Shown here in pieces: positions 1 through 10,335 of a DNA stretch of 32,000 bases. The stretch covers positions 2,940,001 through 2,972,000 of the forward strand of contig NC_006138.1 in assembly GCF_000025945.1 (NCBI RefSeq), in the 5' to 3' direction. Source of the stretch: Desulfotalea psychrophila LSv54 (GTDB taxonomy: Bacteria > Desulfobacterota > Desulfobulbia > Desulfobulbales > Desulfocapsaceae). A program made the translations under genes and the position numbers. The first letter of the stretch is position 1. The number at the start of each line of letters is the position of its first letter. The notes under the pieces were generated by a model. That model was not told the origin of the DNA, did not search any database, and saw only the letters and a program-made list of their open reading frames with translations.

Positions 1-1
1 C

Positions 2-688
2 AAGGAGACGGGCGATTGGCACAATGTCTGGGTTTCTGACATGCGTGGGGTGAAACAACCCACCATAACCATGGCACGCAGCGGCAGCATGAAGAGCAAC
101 AGCAAACAAATGAGTATTACCATCAAACTAACAGATGGCAGTCTGCACCGCCCCGAAGAGCAGGGGACTGAAATCATCACCTTCAAAGATTACACCATCA
201 ATATGCCGCTCGAAACCGGTGGAAAAAACATTTTTATGCTGCATAAGAGATTACTGTCCATGCCTGAGTTACTGGAACAGGCAAAAAGATGGGGCAATGA
301 ATCGAAAAAGCGAGGTAGAATCTATCTTATTGAATTTCACAAGCGCCTCATCCTCCCCATCGGTTGTCTGATGCTCAGCTTCCTGGCCCTGCCTCTAGGC
401 CTACAGGCACGACCAGGAAAAAAGGCAATCGGCATCCCGGTAGGACTCGGAATATTTATTGTTTACTATATCCTGCATACGGTTGGCAAAGAGCTTGCTG
501 AGGCAGGAACTGTACCCCTTATTCCTGCCCTATGGCTTCCCAATGTACTCTTTTTTCTCCTCGCTATCTTTTGGATTTATCGAGCCACAAATGAGAAGGG
601 ACTTTTTCCTACCAGGTGCTCTCTTTTTCTGACAAGACTCTTTTCCAGACTGAAGAGAAAAATAACCCGTCTCAAAAAAAATACCTAA
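2..688 (+). CDS. lptF: LptF/LptG (YjgP/YjgQ) family LPS export permease, C-terminal part (5' end outside the window)
   Basis: The frame is open from base 2 (KETGDWHNVWVSDMRGVKQ...). The C-terminal membrane region EFHKRLILPIGCLMLSFLALPLGLQAR...YYILHTVGKELAEAG..P..ALWLPNVLF is typical of the family. The tracked start at 41 is probably internal. LptF versus LptG is not certain. Confidence 0.85.
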   Translation, partial: KETGDWHNVWVSDMRGVKQPTITMARSGSMKSNSKQMSITIKLTDGSLHRPEEQGTEIITFKDYTINMPLETGGKNIFMLHKRLLSMPELLEQAKRWGNESKKRGRIYLIEFHKRLILPIGCLMLSFLALPLGLQARPGKKAIGIPVGLGIFIVYYILHTVGKELAEAGTVPLIPALWLPNVLFFLLAIFWIYRATNEKGLFPTRCSLFLTRLFSRLKRKITRLKKNT

Positions 689-697
689 GAGGCAAAG

Positions 698-2335
698 ATG
701 AAACTGTTTACCACCGAGCAGATGCGAAAGATCGACCATCAGGCCATCAACGATTACGGTATTCCCGGAGCAGTTTTAATGGAAAATGCGGGACGGGAGA
801 CAGTAGGTCTAATGCAACAAGCCCTGGGAACCTGCGCTAACAGCTTTATCCCAATCTTCATCGGCCCCGGCAACAACGGCGGTGATGGTTTTGTTGTTGG
901 CCGCCACCTCTATCAGCTAGGGGGAAGACCAATTTTCTTCCTCCTCTCCGACCCAGAAAAATACACGCCGGACAGTAAACTCAACTTTCATATAGCTGAA
1001 AAGACAGGCCTGCCCACCTACCCCCTCAAGAGCGACTCAGACTTCCGGCAACTGACTACCATCTGCCAGCAGGAACTTGGAGCAGGCAGAAGATGCTATG
1101 CCCTCGTTGATGCCCTCTTCGGCATTGGCCTCGATCGGGAGATAGGTGACCACTACGCCCGTATCATTAACCTGATTAACGCCCAACAGAGGGACCGGGC
1201 CCTGCCCCAGGCACCTGTTATCTCCTGTGACATGCCCTCGGGCATCCACACCGAGACAGGCGCTATCATGGGCGTGGCCATAGGGGCAGACCACACGGCA
1301 AGCTACAGTTTCGCTAAACCTGGTCAGATGCAGGGGGCAGGTGCATCTCTTGTTGGTGACCTGCATATCCTGGACATTGGTGCTCCCCGGCAAATAGCGG
1401 CGAAGATAGCCAACACATTTGCTACGACCGGCAGAGAGGATGCCTGTAAAACCCTGAAAACGATCCGGAGAGGCCCTCTTTCCCATAAAGGCAGTCACGG
1501 CCACCTCCTGATCGTTGCCGGCTCTCTTGGCATGACTGGGGCCGCCATACTCGCTTCCGAGGCCAGTTTAGCCATGGGTACGGGACTAACAAGCCTTGTC
1601 ACCACCAAAAGTCTCAATCCTATTTTTGAAATGCGCCTGGCCGAGGTGATTACCATCCCCCTCTCCGGCGAAGATAATTTTTTTACTGTCTCTCATTTTG
1701 AAAGAATATGTCAGGCTGCCATGGGCAAGAAGATAACGATTATTGGCCCGGGTATGGGAAATAACAGGACAAGTTTTGATCTGGTAAAAAAACTGTATCA
1801 AAACCTGAAGCTACCAATGCTCATCGATGCCGATGGCCTCAATGCCCTAGCCACTGAAAGAGGCCTCTTAACAAAAGCTGCCGGACCACGCATCTTCACC
1901 CCCCATCCTGGAGAAATGGCCCGGCTCCTCGACATCTCCACTGAAGAAGTAGAAGCAGACAGAGCAGCCGCGGTAGAAAAATTTATGCATATTTTCAGCG
2001 AAGTGAAGGTAGATATTGTCCTCCTCCTCAAGGGAGCGGCAACCCTGATCAGGGGAAAGAGAGGGCCACTTTTTATAAACTGCACAGGAAATAGCGGCAT
2101 GGCCACTGGCGGAATGGGAGATGTCTTAGCGGGAATGATTGCAGGCCTTATCGCTCAGGGACTGGACCCAATGGATGCCACCAAACTTGGCGCCTACCTA
2201 CACGGTATGGCTGGAGATAAGCTACGAGAGACAAGGGGTATTGGCTTCACGGCAAGCGAACTTGCCAAAACAATTCCCCTCTGTCGTAAAGAACTGGAAG
2301 AGACGAAAAACCCAAGCAAGACTACCAGACAATAG
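698..2335 (+). CDS. nnr: Bifunctional NAD(P)H-hydrate epimerase / ADP-dependent NAD(P)H-hydrate dehydratase
   Basis: 545 aa. N-terminal YjeF_N features (ENAGRE, GPGNNGGDGFVVGRHL) and C-terminal carbohydrate-kinase-like features (GSLGMTGAAILASEA, TPHPGEMARLL, KGAATLI, GNSGMATGGMGDVLAGMIAGLIAQG). Confidence 0.95.
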   Translation: MKLFTTEQMRKIDHQAINDYGIPGAVLMENAGRETVGLMQQALGTCANSFIPIFIGPGNNGGDGFVVGRHLYQLGGRPIFFLLSDPEKYTPDSKLNFHIAEKTGLPTYPLKSDSDFRQLTTICQQELGAGRRCYALVDALFGIGLDREIGDHYARIINLINAQQRDRALPQAPVISCDMPSGIHTETGAIMGVAIGADHTASYSFAKPGQMQGAGASLVGDLHILDIGAPRQIAAKIANTFATTGREDACKTLKTIRRGPLSHKGSHGHLLIVAGSLGMTGAAILASEASLAMGTGLTSLVTTKSLNPIFEMRLAEVITIPLSGEDNFFTVSHFERICQAAMGKKITIIGPGMGNNRTSFDLVKKLYQNLKLPMLIDADGLNALATERGLLTKAAGPRIFTPHPGEMARLLDISTEEVEADRAAAVEKFMHIFSEVKVDIVLLLKGAATLIRGKRGPLFINCTGNSGMATGGMGDVLAGMIAGLIAQGLDPMDATKLGAYLHGMAGDKLRETRGIGFTASELAKTIPLCRKELEETKNPSKTTRQ

Positions 2336-2978
2336 GTTCTAAGCCATGTTCGCCGAGATATTCATTACAGCGAACAAAAACATCGGAGCCGAGAAATCCC
2401 CTATAGGCCGAGAGCGGGGAGGGATGACTGGTGCTAAGAAGGCAGTGTCTCTTACCATCAATAAGCGACTGTTTCTTTTGAGCAAAGGCACCCCAGAGCA
2501 TAAAAACCACATGCTCTTTTTGGCGTGAGATCGTCTCTATGATGTCATCGGTCAAACTATGCCAGCCAAGTCGGGCATGAGAATTTGCCCGGCCAGCAAC
2601 AACAGTAAGACTTGCATTCAACAGCAACACACCCTGTTGCGCCCAGCGACTCAGATCAGAATTAAACCTCTTATCACTCTCTCCATAAACGCTTGAGCCA
2701 ATCTCCTTAAAGATATTGCGCAGAGATGGTGGCACAGGCTGACCCTGCCGAACCGAAAAGCAGAGCCCATGGGCCTCCGGTCCCAAATCACGCTCATTAA
2801 AATAGGGATCTTGACCAATTATCACCACCCGGGTCTCGGAAAACGAAGTCTTCTCCAGGGCGGCAAAGAGATCAACTTTATGAGGAAAAACCTTCTCGCC
2901 ACCACCATAGGCCTTCTCCGCCAACTCTCTATGGTAGCCCAAGCTCAAAAGCGGAACCATCTCCTCCCAAGATTCCAT
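2322..2978 (-). CDS. ung: Uracil-DNA glycosylase, family 1, with divergent motif A
   Basis: 218 aa. VVIIGQDPY...AHGLCFSVRQG..PPSLRNIFKEI, WA.QGVLLLNASLTV, HPSPLSAYRGFLGS. The 3' end overlaps the nnr 3' end (2322-2335). The start ATG overlaps the upstream stop (TGATG at 2976-2980). Confidence 0.92.
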   Translation of the reverse strand: MESWEEMVPLLSLGYHRELAEKAYGGGEKVFPHKVDLFAALEKTSFSETRVVIIGQDPYFNERDLGPEAHGLCFSVRQGQPVPPSLRNIFKEIGSSVYGESDKRFNSDLSRWAQQGVLLLNASLTVVAGRANSHARLGWHSLTDDIIETISRQKEHVVFMLWGAFAQKKQSLIDGKRHCLLSTSHPSPLSAYRGFLGSDVFVRCNEYLGEHGLEPIVW

Positions 2979-4171
2979 CAGGCCATCCTCGTCAACTTAC
3001 TGCTCAAATGAAAGGAGTAGACCAATTGCACTATCTCCTCTACTGTTTTTTCCGCCAAGGTAAATTTACTCCCCACGGCCTGAGCCGTATCAGCATAGAG
3101 ACAGGATGCCTCCCGAAGAACAACAGCGCTACCCCCGTTTTTCACCAACTGGCCAACGCCACGTAGAGAATCCCCGCCAAGGGCTGACAAAACAACCACC
3201 GCAGATTTCTTTCTAAAGACCTTGCTCACCGAGGCTATCATAACGTCCATGGGACCAATACCCGGGGCAAGTTCTGCCAGCTGCTCTAATTTCAAAGAGG
3301 TGCCGGAGGATCTTAGGCAGATTCTCTCAGCAGAGGCGGCTACATAACAGTTACCACCAGCAACAGAGATACCATCGACCGCCCTCTGCACAGGCAGGGG
3401 ACTCATCGACGCCAAATAGTGGGTAAAGGAATCAACAGAGACAATGGGGGCGTCTATTACACAAATAATAGACCCTGGCATTTTCTGGGACAGATTAGGA
3501 ATAATATCCAAAAGATTGGCAAAGGAACTGCCATCACCAACCAGCACCGTGGCAAAATTATTAAAGATATGTCTCTCATCTTTTCCGAACAGTATCAAAT
3601 CGTCACACTGAGAGCAAACAATGGCACCACCCTCTAGCAGATCATCAACAAGCACCTGACGATGGCCGCAATCTTCACAAAAGACCACATCACTGGCCTT
3701 CCCCAAACTATGAAGATAAGATTGGGGTTCAAAACCCCTTCGAGGAGCAATCGTCATCCCGGAGGCAGCAAGAATTTTCCCAAGCAGGACCTGCCTGCTC
3801 TCGCCTGGATCTGGCAGAGAGAGCAGAGCCCCCTTAGCCATAAAATCAACCGCCCCCACCTTCAGGGCATCAAAGAACCTATACCCACTCTCCTCGGCAA
3901 GTTCAGAAAGAGCAATAACAGGAAGGGGATGATGTGAGAGTAGATGCCCCAGAGCTGTAAGCCCATCCATATAGGGCATTTCAAGGTCCATCAAGACCAC
4001 ATCAGGAGGAGAGGAGAGCACCTGCCCCAGGGCCTCAAGGCCATTACCTGCCTCAACAACCTTATCTATTACCGGGGAGGTCTCTAAAAAGGCCTTTATC
4101 TGTTTGCGAAATATGGGCGAGTCATCAACCAATAAAACCGAGATTTTATCTAAATTACTTTCCGTAGGCAC
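2978..4171 (-). CDS. CheB-like protein: response-regulator receiver domain, Cys4 zinc-ribbon-like linker, and a CheB methylesterase-like domain, probably catalytically altered
   Basis: 397 aa. Receiver: VLLVDDSP...VVLMDLEMPYMDGLTAL...K/GAVDF. Linker: CEDC-x17-CSQC. CheB-like tail: VLVGDGSSFANLLDIIPNL, CVIDAPIVSVDSFTHYLA, VVVLSALGGDSLRGVGQLVKNGG. Confidence 0.8.
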   Translation of the reverse strand: MPTESNLDKISVLLVDDSPIFRKQIKAFLETSPVIDKVVEAGNGLEALGQVLSSPPDVVLMDLEMPYMDGLTALGHLLSHHPLPVIALSELAEESGYRFFDALKVGAVDFMAKGALLSLPDPGESRQVLLGKILAASGMTIAPRRGFEPQSYLHSLGKASDVVFCEDCGHRQVLVDDLLEGGAIVCSQCDDLILFGKDERHIFNNFATVLVGDGSSFANLLDIIPNLSQKMPGSIICVIDAPIVSVDSFTHYLASMSPLPVQRAVDGISVAGGNCYVAASAERICLRSSGTSLKLEQLAELAPGIGPMDVMIASVSKVFRKKSAVVVLSALGGDSLRGVGQLVKNGGSAVVLREASCLYADTAQAVGSKFTLAEKTVEEIVQLVYSFHLSSKLTRMA

Positions 4172-4215
4172 TTTTATTCTCAGGGTAGAAGGGGAGAGGA
4201 CTCATGAAAATATCG

Positions 4216-4851
4216 TTAATATAACCCATGCTTCATTATATAATCAGCCACCGTTGGCGGTAATTTCTGATAAAGATCACCCGATTTTTCAAAAGTTCGA
4301 CGCACCTCCGTCGAAGAGACCTGATCGGGAGCACCCTCAAGCTCATACAGGGTAAGATAGGAGCTATGCTCCCAACCCAAAGGGGTCTGGACAAAACCAA
4401 GCTCTGTCAAAAACAGAACTGTCTGCGTTCTGGAAAAAAGCTTTCGAGGACATAAAATAAAATTTATCTCTGATAAGAGATCTCGATACGCCTTCCAGGT
4501 TTTCAACTCTATAAAGGCGTCCACACCGATAAGAAAAAAGAACTGAGCTTCACTCTTATAGAGGGGGGAGGTCTTGAGGGCCTGGAGGGTATCAACGGTA
4601 TAACTTGGTCGAGCCAGATCCTGCTCGATGGTGTTACAGGAAAAACGCTTGTTACGGGAACAGGCAAGACGTATCATCTCTGCCCGGTGGGAAAACGGCA
4701 CAATTTCATCCCCCTTTTTATGGGGTGGAGATGCCGCAGGCAAAAAAACAACCTGATCCAACTGGCACTGGGCTGCTGCAAATTCAGCCAACTGCAGATG
4801 TCCATTATGGAGAGGATTAAAGGTTCCCCCAAAAAGGCCTATCTTTTTCAT
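4216..4851 (-). CDS. nadD: Nicotinate-nucleotide adenylyltransferase
   Basis: KKIGLFGGTFNPLHNGHLQLAEFAA..., SSTEVRR near the C-terminus. The likely start is the MKKIGLF methionine (tracked ORF begins at 4866). Confidence 0.94.
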   Translation of the reverse strand: MKKIGLFGGTFNPLHNGHLQLAEFAAAQCQLDQVVFLPAASPPHKKGDEIVPFSHRAEMIRLACSRNKRFSCNTIEQDLARPSYTVDTLQALKTSPLYKSEAQFFFLIGVDAFIELKTWKAYRDLLSEINFILCPRKLFSRTQTVLFLTELGFVQTPLGWEHSSYLTLYELEGAPDQVSSTEVRRTFEKSGDLYQKLPPTVADYIMKHGLY

Positions 4852-4912
4852 TTTTTTCCACAACAAGAAAACATTGGCTCCTGCCCTTTCCCGACAAGAG
4901 CCATTTCAAATA

Positions 4913-6169
4913 CTAGCTACGTATCTGCCCATCACCCAATATCACAAATTTTTTCGTCGTCAGCTCTTCAAGTCCCATGGGACCATAGGCATGCAACTTT
5001 GTGGTACTGATACCAATTTCTGCGCCCAAACCGAGTTCTCCACCATCATTAAATCTGGTGGAAGCATTAACCACAACGGCTGAGGCATCCACCTCGGCAA
5101 CAAATCTATGGGCGGTGGTATAGTTCTCAGTAATAATCGCCTCGGTATGCTGAGATCCATATTTCCTGATATAGCTCTTGGCATCCTCAAAGGAGCGAAC
5201 CACCTTGACACAGAGACAGAGGCGCAAAAACTCTGTTCCCCAGTCCTCTTCAGAGGCAGCTACAATATGCTCAGAAAAGGGCAGGCTCTGTGAACAACCA
5301 CGCATCTCAACCCCAAGCTCTGCCAACTCTGTAGCAAGACCAGGCAGCACATCCGCCACAATATCCTCGTGAATCAAAATGCCCTCAAGGGCATTACACA
5401 CGCCGGGACGTTGCGTCTTGGCATTGATAACAATGGGCGCTACCTTGGCAAGATCTGCGTCTTTATCAATGTAAGCATGACAGACGCCTTTGTAATGTTT
5501 AAGAACGGGAATAGAAGAATTCTTACTGACAAAACGAATAAGCCCCTCACCACCCCGGGGAATAACAAGGTCAATGGAATCCTCAAGCCCCAGCATAATG
5601 GTAATAGCCTCTCGATCGATCATGGGGATAACCTGGACGCTGTCAGGATTGACCTCAGCCTCTTCAAGGGCCCGACGGAGAATACTTGCCAGGGCCAGAT
5701 TGGAGTGAATGGCCTCGGAGCCACCACGGAGAATAATGGCATTACCTGCCTTGAGGCAGAGGGCAGCCGCATCAATGGTCACATTAGGACGCGACTCATA
5801 GATCATGGCAATAACCCCCAAGGGGACACACATTCGGCCAACACTCAGGCCATTGGGCCGTTTTACTGAGCCGAGGGTCCGACCTACGGGATCGGGCAGG
5901 GCAATAACCTCTTTCAGCCCCTTGACCATTGACTCTATCACAGAATCCGTGAGGGCAAGGCGATCAAGCATAGCATCGGAAAGCCCCTTTTCTCTGCCAG
6001 CGGCAAGGTCTTTTTCATTTTCTTCCTGCAAAAAGGCCTTCTCTGCCACAAGTAATTCGCCCACCTGGGAAAGCACCGCATCTTTTTGGCGAGTAGCCAA
6101 GGACATCAGATCCGCCGCGGCCGCCTTTGCCCGAACACCAACTTCGACAATAGTTTCTTCCAGAGTCAT
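4913..6169 (-). CDS. proA: Gamma-glutamyl phosphate reductase
   Basis: 418 aa. PLGVIAMIYESRPNVTIDAAALCLKAGNAIILRGGSEA, VLKHYKGVCHAYIDKDAD, NASTRFNDGGELGLGAEIGISTTKLHAYGPMGLEELT. Confidence 0.97.
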   Translation of the reverse strand: MTLEETIVEVGVRAKAAAADLMSLATRQKDAVLSQVGELLVAEKAFLQEENEKDLAAGREKGLSDAMLDRLALTDSVIESMVKGLKEVIALPDPVGRTLGSVKRPNGLSVGRMCVPLGVIAMIYESRPNVTIDAAALCLKAGNAIILRGGSEAIHSNLALASILRRALEEAEVNPDSVQVIPMIDREAITIMLGLEDSIDLVIPRGGEGLIRFVSKNSSIPVLKHYKGVCHAYIDKDADLAKVAPIVINAKTQRPGVCNALEGILIHEDIVADVLPGLATELAELGVEMRGCSQSLPFSEHIVAASEEDWGTEFLRLCLCVKVVRSFEDAKSYIRKYGSQHTEAIITENYTTAHRFVAEVDASAVVVNASTRFNDGGELGLGAEIGISTTKLHAYGPMGLEELTTKKFVILGDGQIRS

Positions 6170-6378
6170 ACTTCCCTCACATCTCTATTATGGGAACCTT
6201 GAAAAATATCCCTTCCTGCAAATCTCTACATGAGATGATTTTTATCCTCGCAGGTAAGCATAGACTCCGATATTAGAGTCAGTGGTAAATATCATCTGCC
6301 TCGCAGTCAGGGCTTAGCTGATCTTTATCGAAATTACCAATTTTTCAAACTACCCTTATTTTAATAAGGATCTGCTAC

Positions 6379-7532
6379 TTAAGACAGAATAACTAAATTA
6401 TCCCGATGGATAACCTCCTCGTTATCACAGCACTTCAACACAGAGGCTATCTCCCTTGACTGCAATCCCTTAATGGCGTTCACATCCACCGAGGCGTAGT
6501 TCACCAAACCGACGGCAATTCTACTCCCATCGAGACGACAGCAATTCACAGAATCACCTCGATCAAATTCACCGGAGATACCAACAATACCGGAGGGGAG
6601 CAAACTCTTACCACCCTGCAACAGGGCCTTACAGGCCCCGGCATCAAGCAAAAGAGTCCCCTTTGGCTTAAGCACATGAGCAATCCACTGTTTTTTGCTC
6701 TTCATCCGTTCTTTGCAGGGAAGAAAAATGGTACCGATATCCTCCCCGGCAAAAAGACGCTGTAACACTCTCGGAGCACGACCAGGACCTATTATCGCCG
6801 TCCCACCACCTGAAAAAACAATCTTGGCGGCACGTATTTTACTCTGCATGCCTCCAGTGCCAAAAAGGCTATTACTATTCCCCGCCATTGCCTCAATCTC
6901 TGGACTGATCTTTGTGACAATATGCAGGGGACGAGCTGTCGGATCTTTCTGGGGATTTTTGTCATAGAGGGCATCTACATCTGTCAGACATATGCAGATA
7001 TCGGCTTCAAGCAGGTTGGTCAATAGAGCAGCCAGGGTATCATTATCACCAAACTTTAACTCTTCAACCGAGACAGTATCATTTTCATTAATGATAGGGG
7101 TAACACCAAACTTAAGCAGGGTAAGAATGGTATTACGTATATTGAGATAGCGGTCCCGGTGAGAAAGATCGGCATGGGTAAGCAGGATCTGGGCCACATC
7201 CAGCTCGTAAAAGCCAAAGGCCTCTTCGTAGGTCCTCATCAAATGAGATTGACCAATGGCGGCAAGGGCCTGCTTTTCTTTCATGCCCAGCGGGGCACTA
7301 TCCTGCCAAGAAATTTTTTTACGTCCCGCAGCAACAGCCCCGGATGACACCAAAATAACCTCATGTCCGCTTTGGCGGAGATAAGAAATTTCCCGGGCAA
7401 GATCTGCAATAAAACTTGTATGAATGCCACCGACATTAGTTAAGATTGCACTGCCAACCTTAACAACTACCCTACGAGCCTTGTCAAATATCTCTCGACG
7501 AAGCTGCAACTCCTCTGTAACGTCCACCATCA

Positions 7533-7533
<1 letters not shown>
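6379..7533 (-). CDS. proB: Glutamate 5-kinase with C-terminal PUA domain
   Basis: 384 aa. VVVKVGSAIL, EVILVSSGAVAAG, PIINENDTVSVEE..FGDNDTLAALL, GTGGMQSKIRAAKI; C-terminal PUA-like region. Starts with GTG at 7533, overlapping the obgE stop (TAGTG); an ATG follows as the second codon. Confidence 0.97.
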
Positions 7534-8657
<1,124 letters not shown>

Positions 8658-8723
8658 TCATCCTAAAGTTACAAAGTCCCTTAGTTACAGAAGCGATCTG
8701 CAGGGAGACAGTGAATAAAGTAC

Positions 8724-8762
8724 AAAAAAAAACTCGACCTTCAATACACATTGAGGTCGAGT
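8724..8762 (-). terminator. Rho-independent terminator downstream of rpmA
   Basis: Inverted arms ACTCGACCT (8732-8740) and AGGTCGAGT (8754-8762). The minus-strand transcript then runs into an eight-U tract. Confidence 0.8.
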
Positions 8763-8811
8763 TTCAATCTATCTTCCCGCCCATTGGCAGCAAAATACAA
8801 AAGCTGTAAAA

Positions 8812-9072
8812 CTATTCGGCGGCAGGATAAACGCTTACACGTTTTTTATTCTTACCGAAATCTTCAAACTTCACCACGCCGTCAATTTTTGCAAATAGAG
8901 TGTAGTCACGACCACATCCTACGTTGGTTCCCGGATGAACTTTTGTTCCGAGTTGGCGAATCAGGATGTTACCTGATCTTACTGGCTCGCCACCAAATTT
9001 TTTAACGCCACGTCGTTGGCCGGCACTGTCACGACCGTTTCTGGAACTACCACCTGCTTTCTTATGAGCCAT
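8812..9072 (-). CDS. rpmA: 50S ribosomal protein L27
   Basis: 86 aa. [65 protein letters not shown]. Confidence 0.98.
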   Translation of the reverse strand: MAHKKAGGSSRNGRDSAGQRRGVKKFGGEPVRSGNILIRQLGTKVHPGTNVGCGRDYTLFAKIDGVVKFEDFGKNKKRVSVYPAAE

Positions 9073-9119
9073 TTTTTACTCCTTTCAAACAGCGTAAAAC
9101 ACTTTACTATATTTAAAAT

Positions 9120-9431
9120 TTAGGCAGAAATTTCTTCAATTTTCAAGGCAGTATAGGACTGACGATGTCCCTGCTTCAAGCGATAACCCTTACGACGCTT
9201 CTTTTTGAAAATAATGATTTTCTTACCACGTCCCTGCTCTGCAATCTTAGCAACAACCTTAGCATTCTCAAGAACAGGCTGACCTACTTGAACGTTATCA
9301 CCATCTACCAACATCAAAACGTCTGTCAAATCGAGACTATCACCAACATTTCCTTCAAGCTTCTCAACGCGAAGCTGATCGCCACACGCAACTTGATACT
9401 GCTTTCCACCTGTACGTACTATCGCATACAT
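9120..9431 (-). CDS. rplU: 50S ribosomal protein L21
   Basis: MYAIVRTGGKQYQVACGDQLRVEKLEG...KKKRRKGYRLKQGHRQSYTALKIEEI. The true start is the MYAIV methionine at 9431, not the tracked 9527 start. Confidence 0.97.
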   Translation of the reverse strand: MYAIVRTGGKQYQVACGDQLRVEKLEGNVGDSLDLTDVLMLVDGDNVQVGQPVLENAKVVAKIAEQGRGKKIIIFKKKRRKGYRLKQGHRQSYTALKIEEISA

Positions 9432-9495
9432 TATATATAACCTCATAAATTGAAATTGCGTTTCAACGAAAACTGTTAGATTTGTAAAGGGGACA

Positions 9496-9524
9496 ATAAA
9501 ACCAACTTTCCCTGACAATGTCAA
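9496..9524 (-). promoter_or_regulatory. Candidate sigma70 promoter for rplU-rpmA
   Basis: Minus strand TTGACA (9524-9519), 17-bp spacer, TTTTAT (9501-9496), about 70 bp upstream of the rplU start codon. Confidence 0.5.
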
Positions 9525-9605
9525 CACAATTCAACGTGTTTATGCCGACAAATCAATTTTTTTTTACAAATTTCGCAAAAACAGTCCGATCAACAATTCT
9601 TACAC

Positions 9606-10055
9606 TTAAATGGCTGAATTCTCAAGACGGGATTTTTCTTTTTCCTGGCGAATTGCACAGGCACGAGCGAAGGCTTCCTTCTTACCATGCTTAGCAATAG
9701 AAACAGAAGTTTTGCCCTGCTTTCCACTGGATGTCACCCAGCTCACCTCATACCGACCAAGCTTGTCATTAAGTCGTACGCCAACAACACCTGTACTGGA
9801 ATTGCTTACAGTAACCATATGTTTATTGGTCCGCACCTTACCCAATTTTTTTTCGGTCTGATCGCGCCAAGCAATTGCCAATAAGAGACTTGAGGCCCGG
9901 CCACCACACTTACGGTCAGAAAAGAACTTCGAATGAGTTTTACCAAGAAAGCGCACACGTACATACCAGCCATGGGTACGCTTAGATTCCTGATCAATTC
10001 GAGCAACGTCTTTATGCTTTTCAAGCAGTACTTTTTGTTTCTTCTCTTCTTTCAT
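9606..10055 (-). CDS. Small AP2-domain-like (putative nucleic-acid-binding) protein with two AP2-like segments
   Basis: C-terminal GVVGVRLNDKLGRYEVSWVTSSGKQGKTSVSIAKHGKKEAFARACAIRQEKE is AP2-like. The N-terminal RTHGWYVRVRFLGKTHSKFFSDRKCGGRASSLLLAIAWRDQTEKKLGK looks like a second, degenerate module. The likely start is MKEEKKQ. Confidence 0.65.
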   Translation of the reverse strand: MKEEKKQKVLLEKHKDVARIDQESKRTHGWYVRVRFLGKTHSKFFSDRKCGGRASSLLLAIAWRDQTEKKLGKVRTNKHMVTVSNSSTGVVGVRLNDKLGRYEVSWVTSSGKQGKTSVSIAKHGKKEAFARACAIRQEKEKSRLENSAI

Positions 10056-10335
10056 TATAGCCCCGTTTACTGTAAGTAATATTATTTTTATACAAAAGGG
10101 AGTAGGAAGAAAGAGCATATTTGTGACATGTTACAACCAGCTCAAAAAAAAGCATCTCTCCATTCCCCGCAGAAGTGCTACACCGTGGCACCTTGCCACA
10201 CAATTGAGATGCTACATAATGTATAAAAACTAACAAAGCAACTGCTTTTTGTAAAATAGCTAAAAAAAGGGTTAAAGACAATAAAAGCCTTTTCCTCTCC
10301 ACCCAACTTTAACACTTTTCCCGAATCAATTTCAT

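Noticed and set aside
8724-8762. Hairpin considered as a possible small RNA
   Set aside because: Position and U-tract on the minus strand fit a simple terminator after rpmA.
10021-10302. Small minus-strand ORFs (93 aa at 10021-10302, 60 aa at 10178-10360) between the AP2-like gene and mazG
   Set aside because: Hydrophobic, cysteine-containing random-looking translations without family features; likely non-coding gap.
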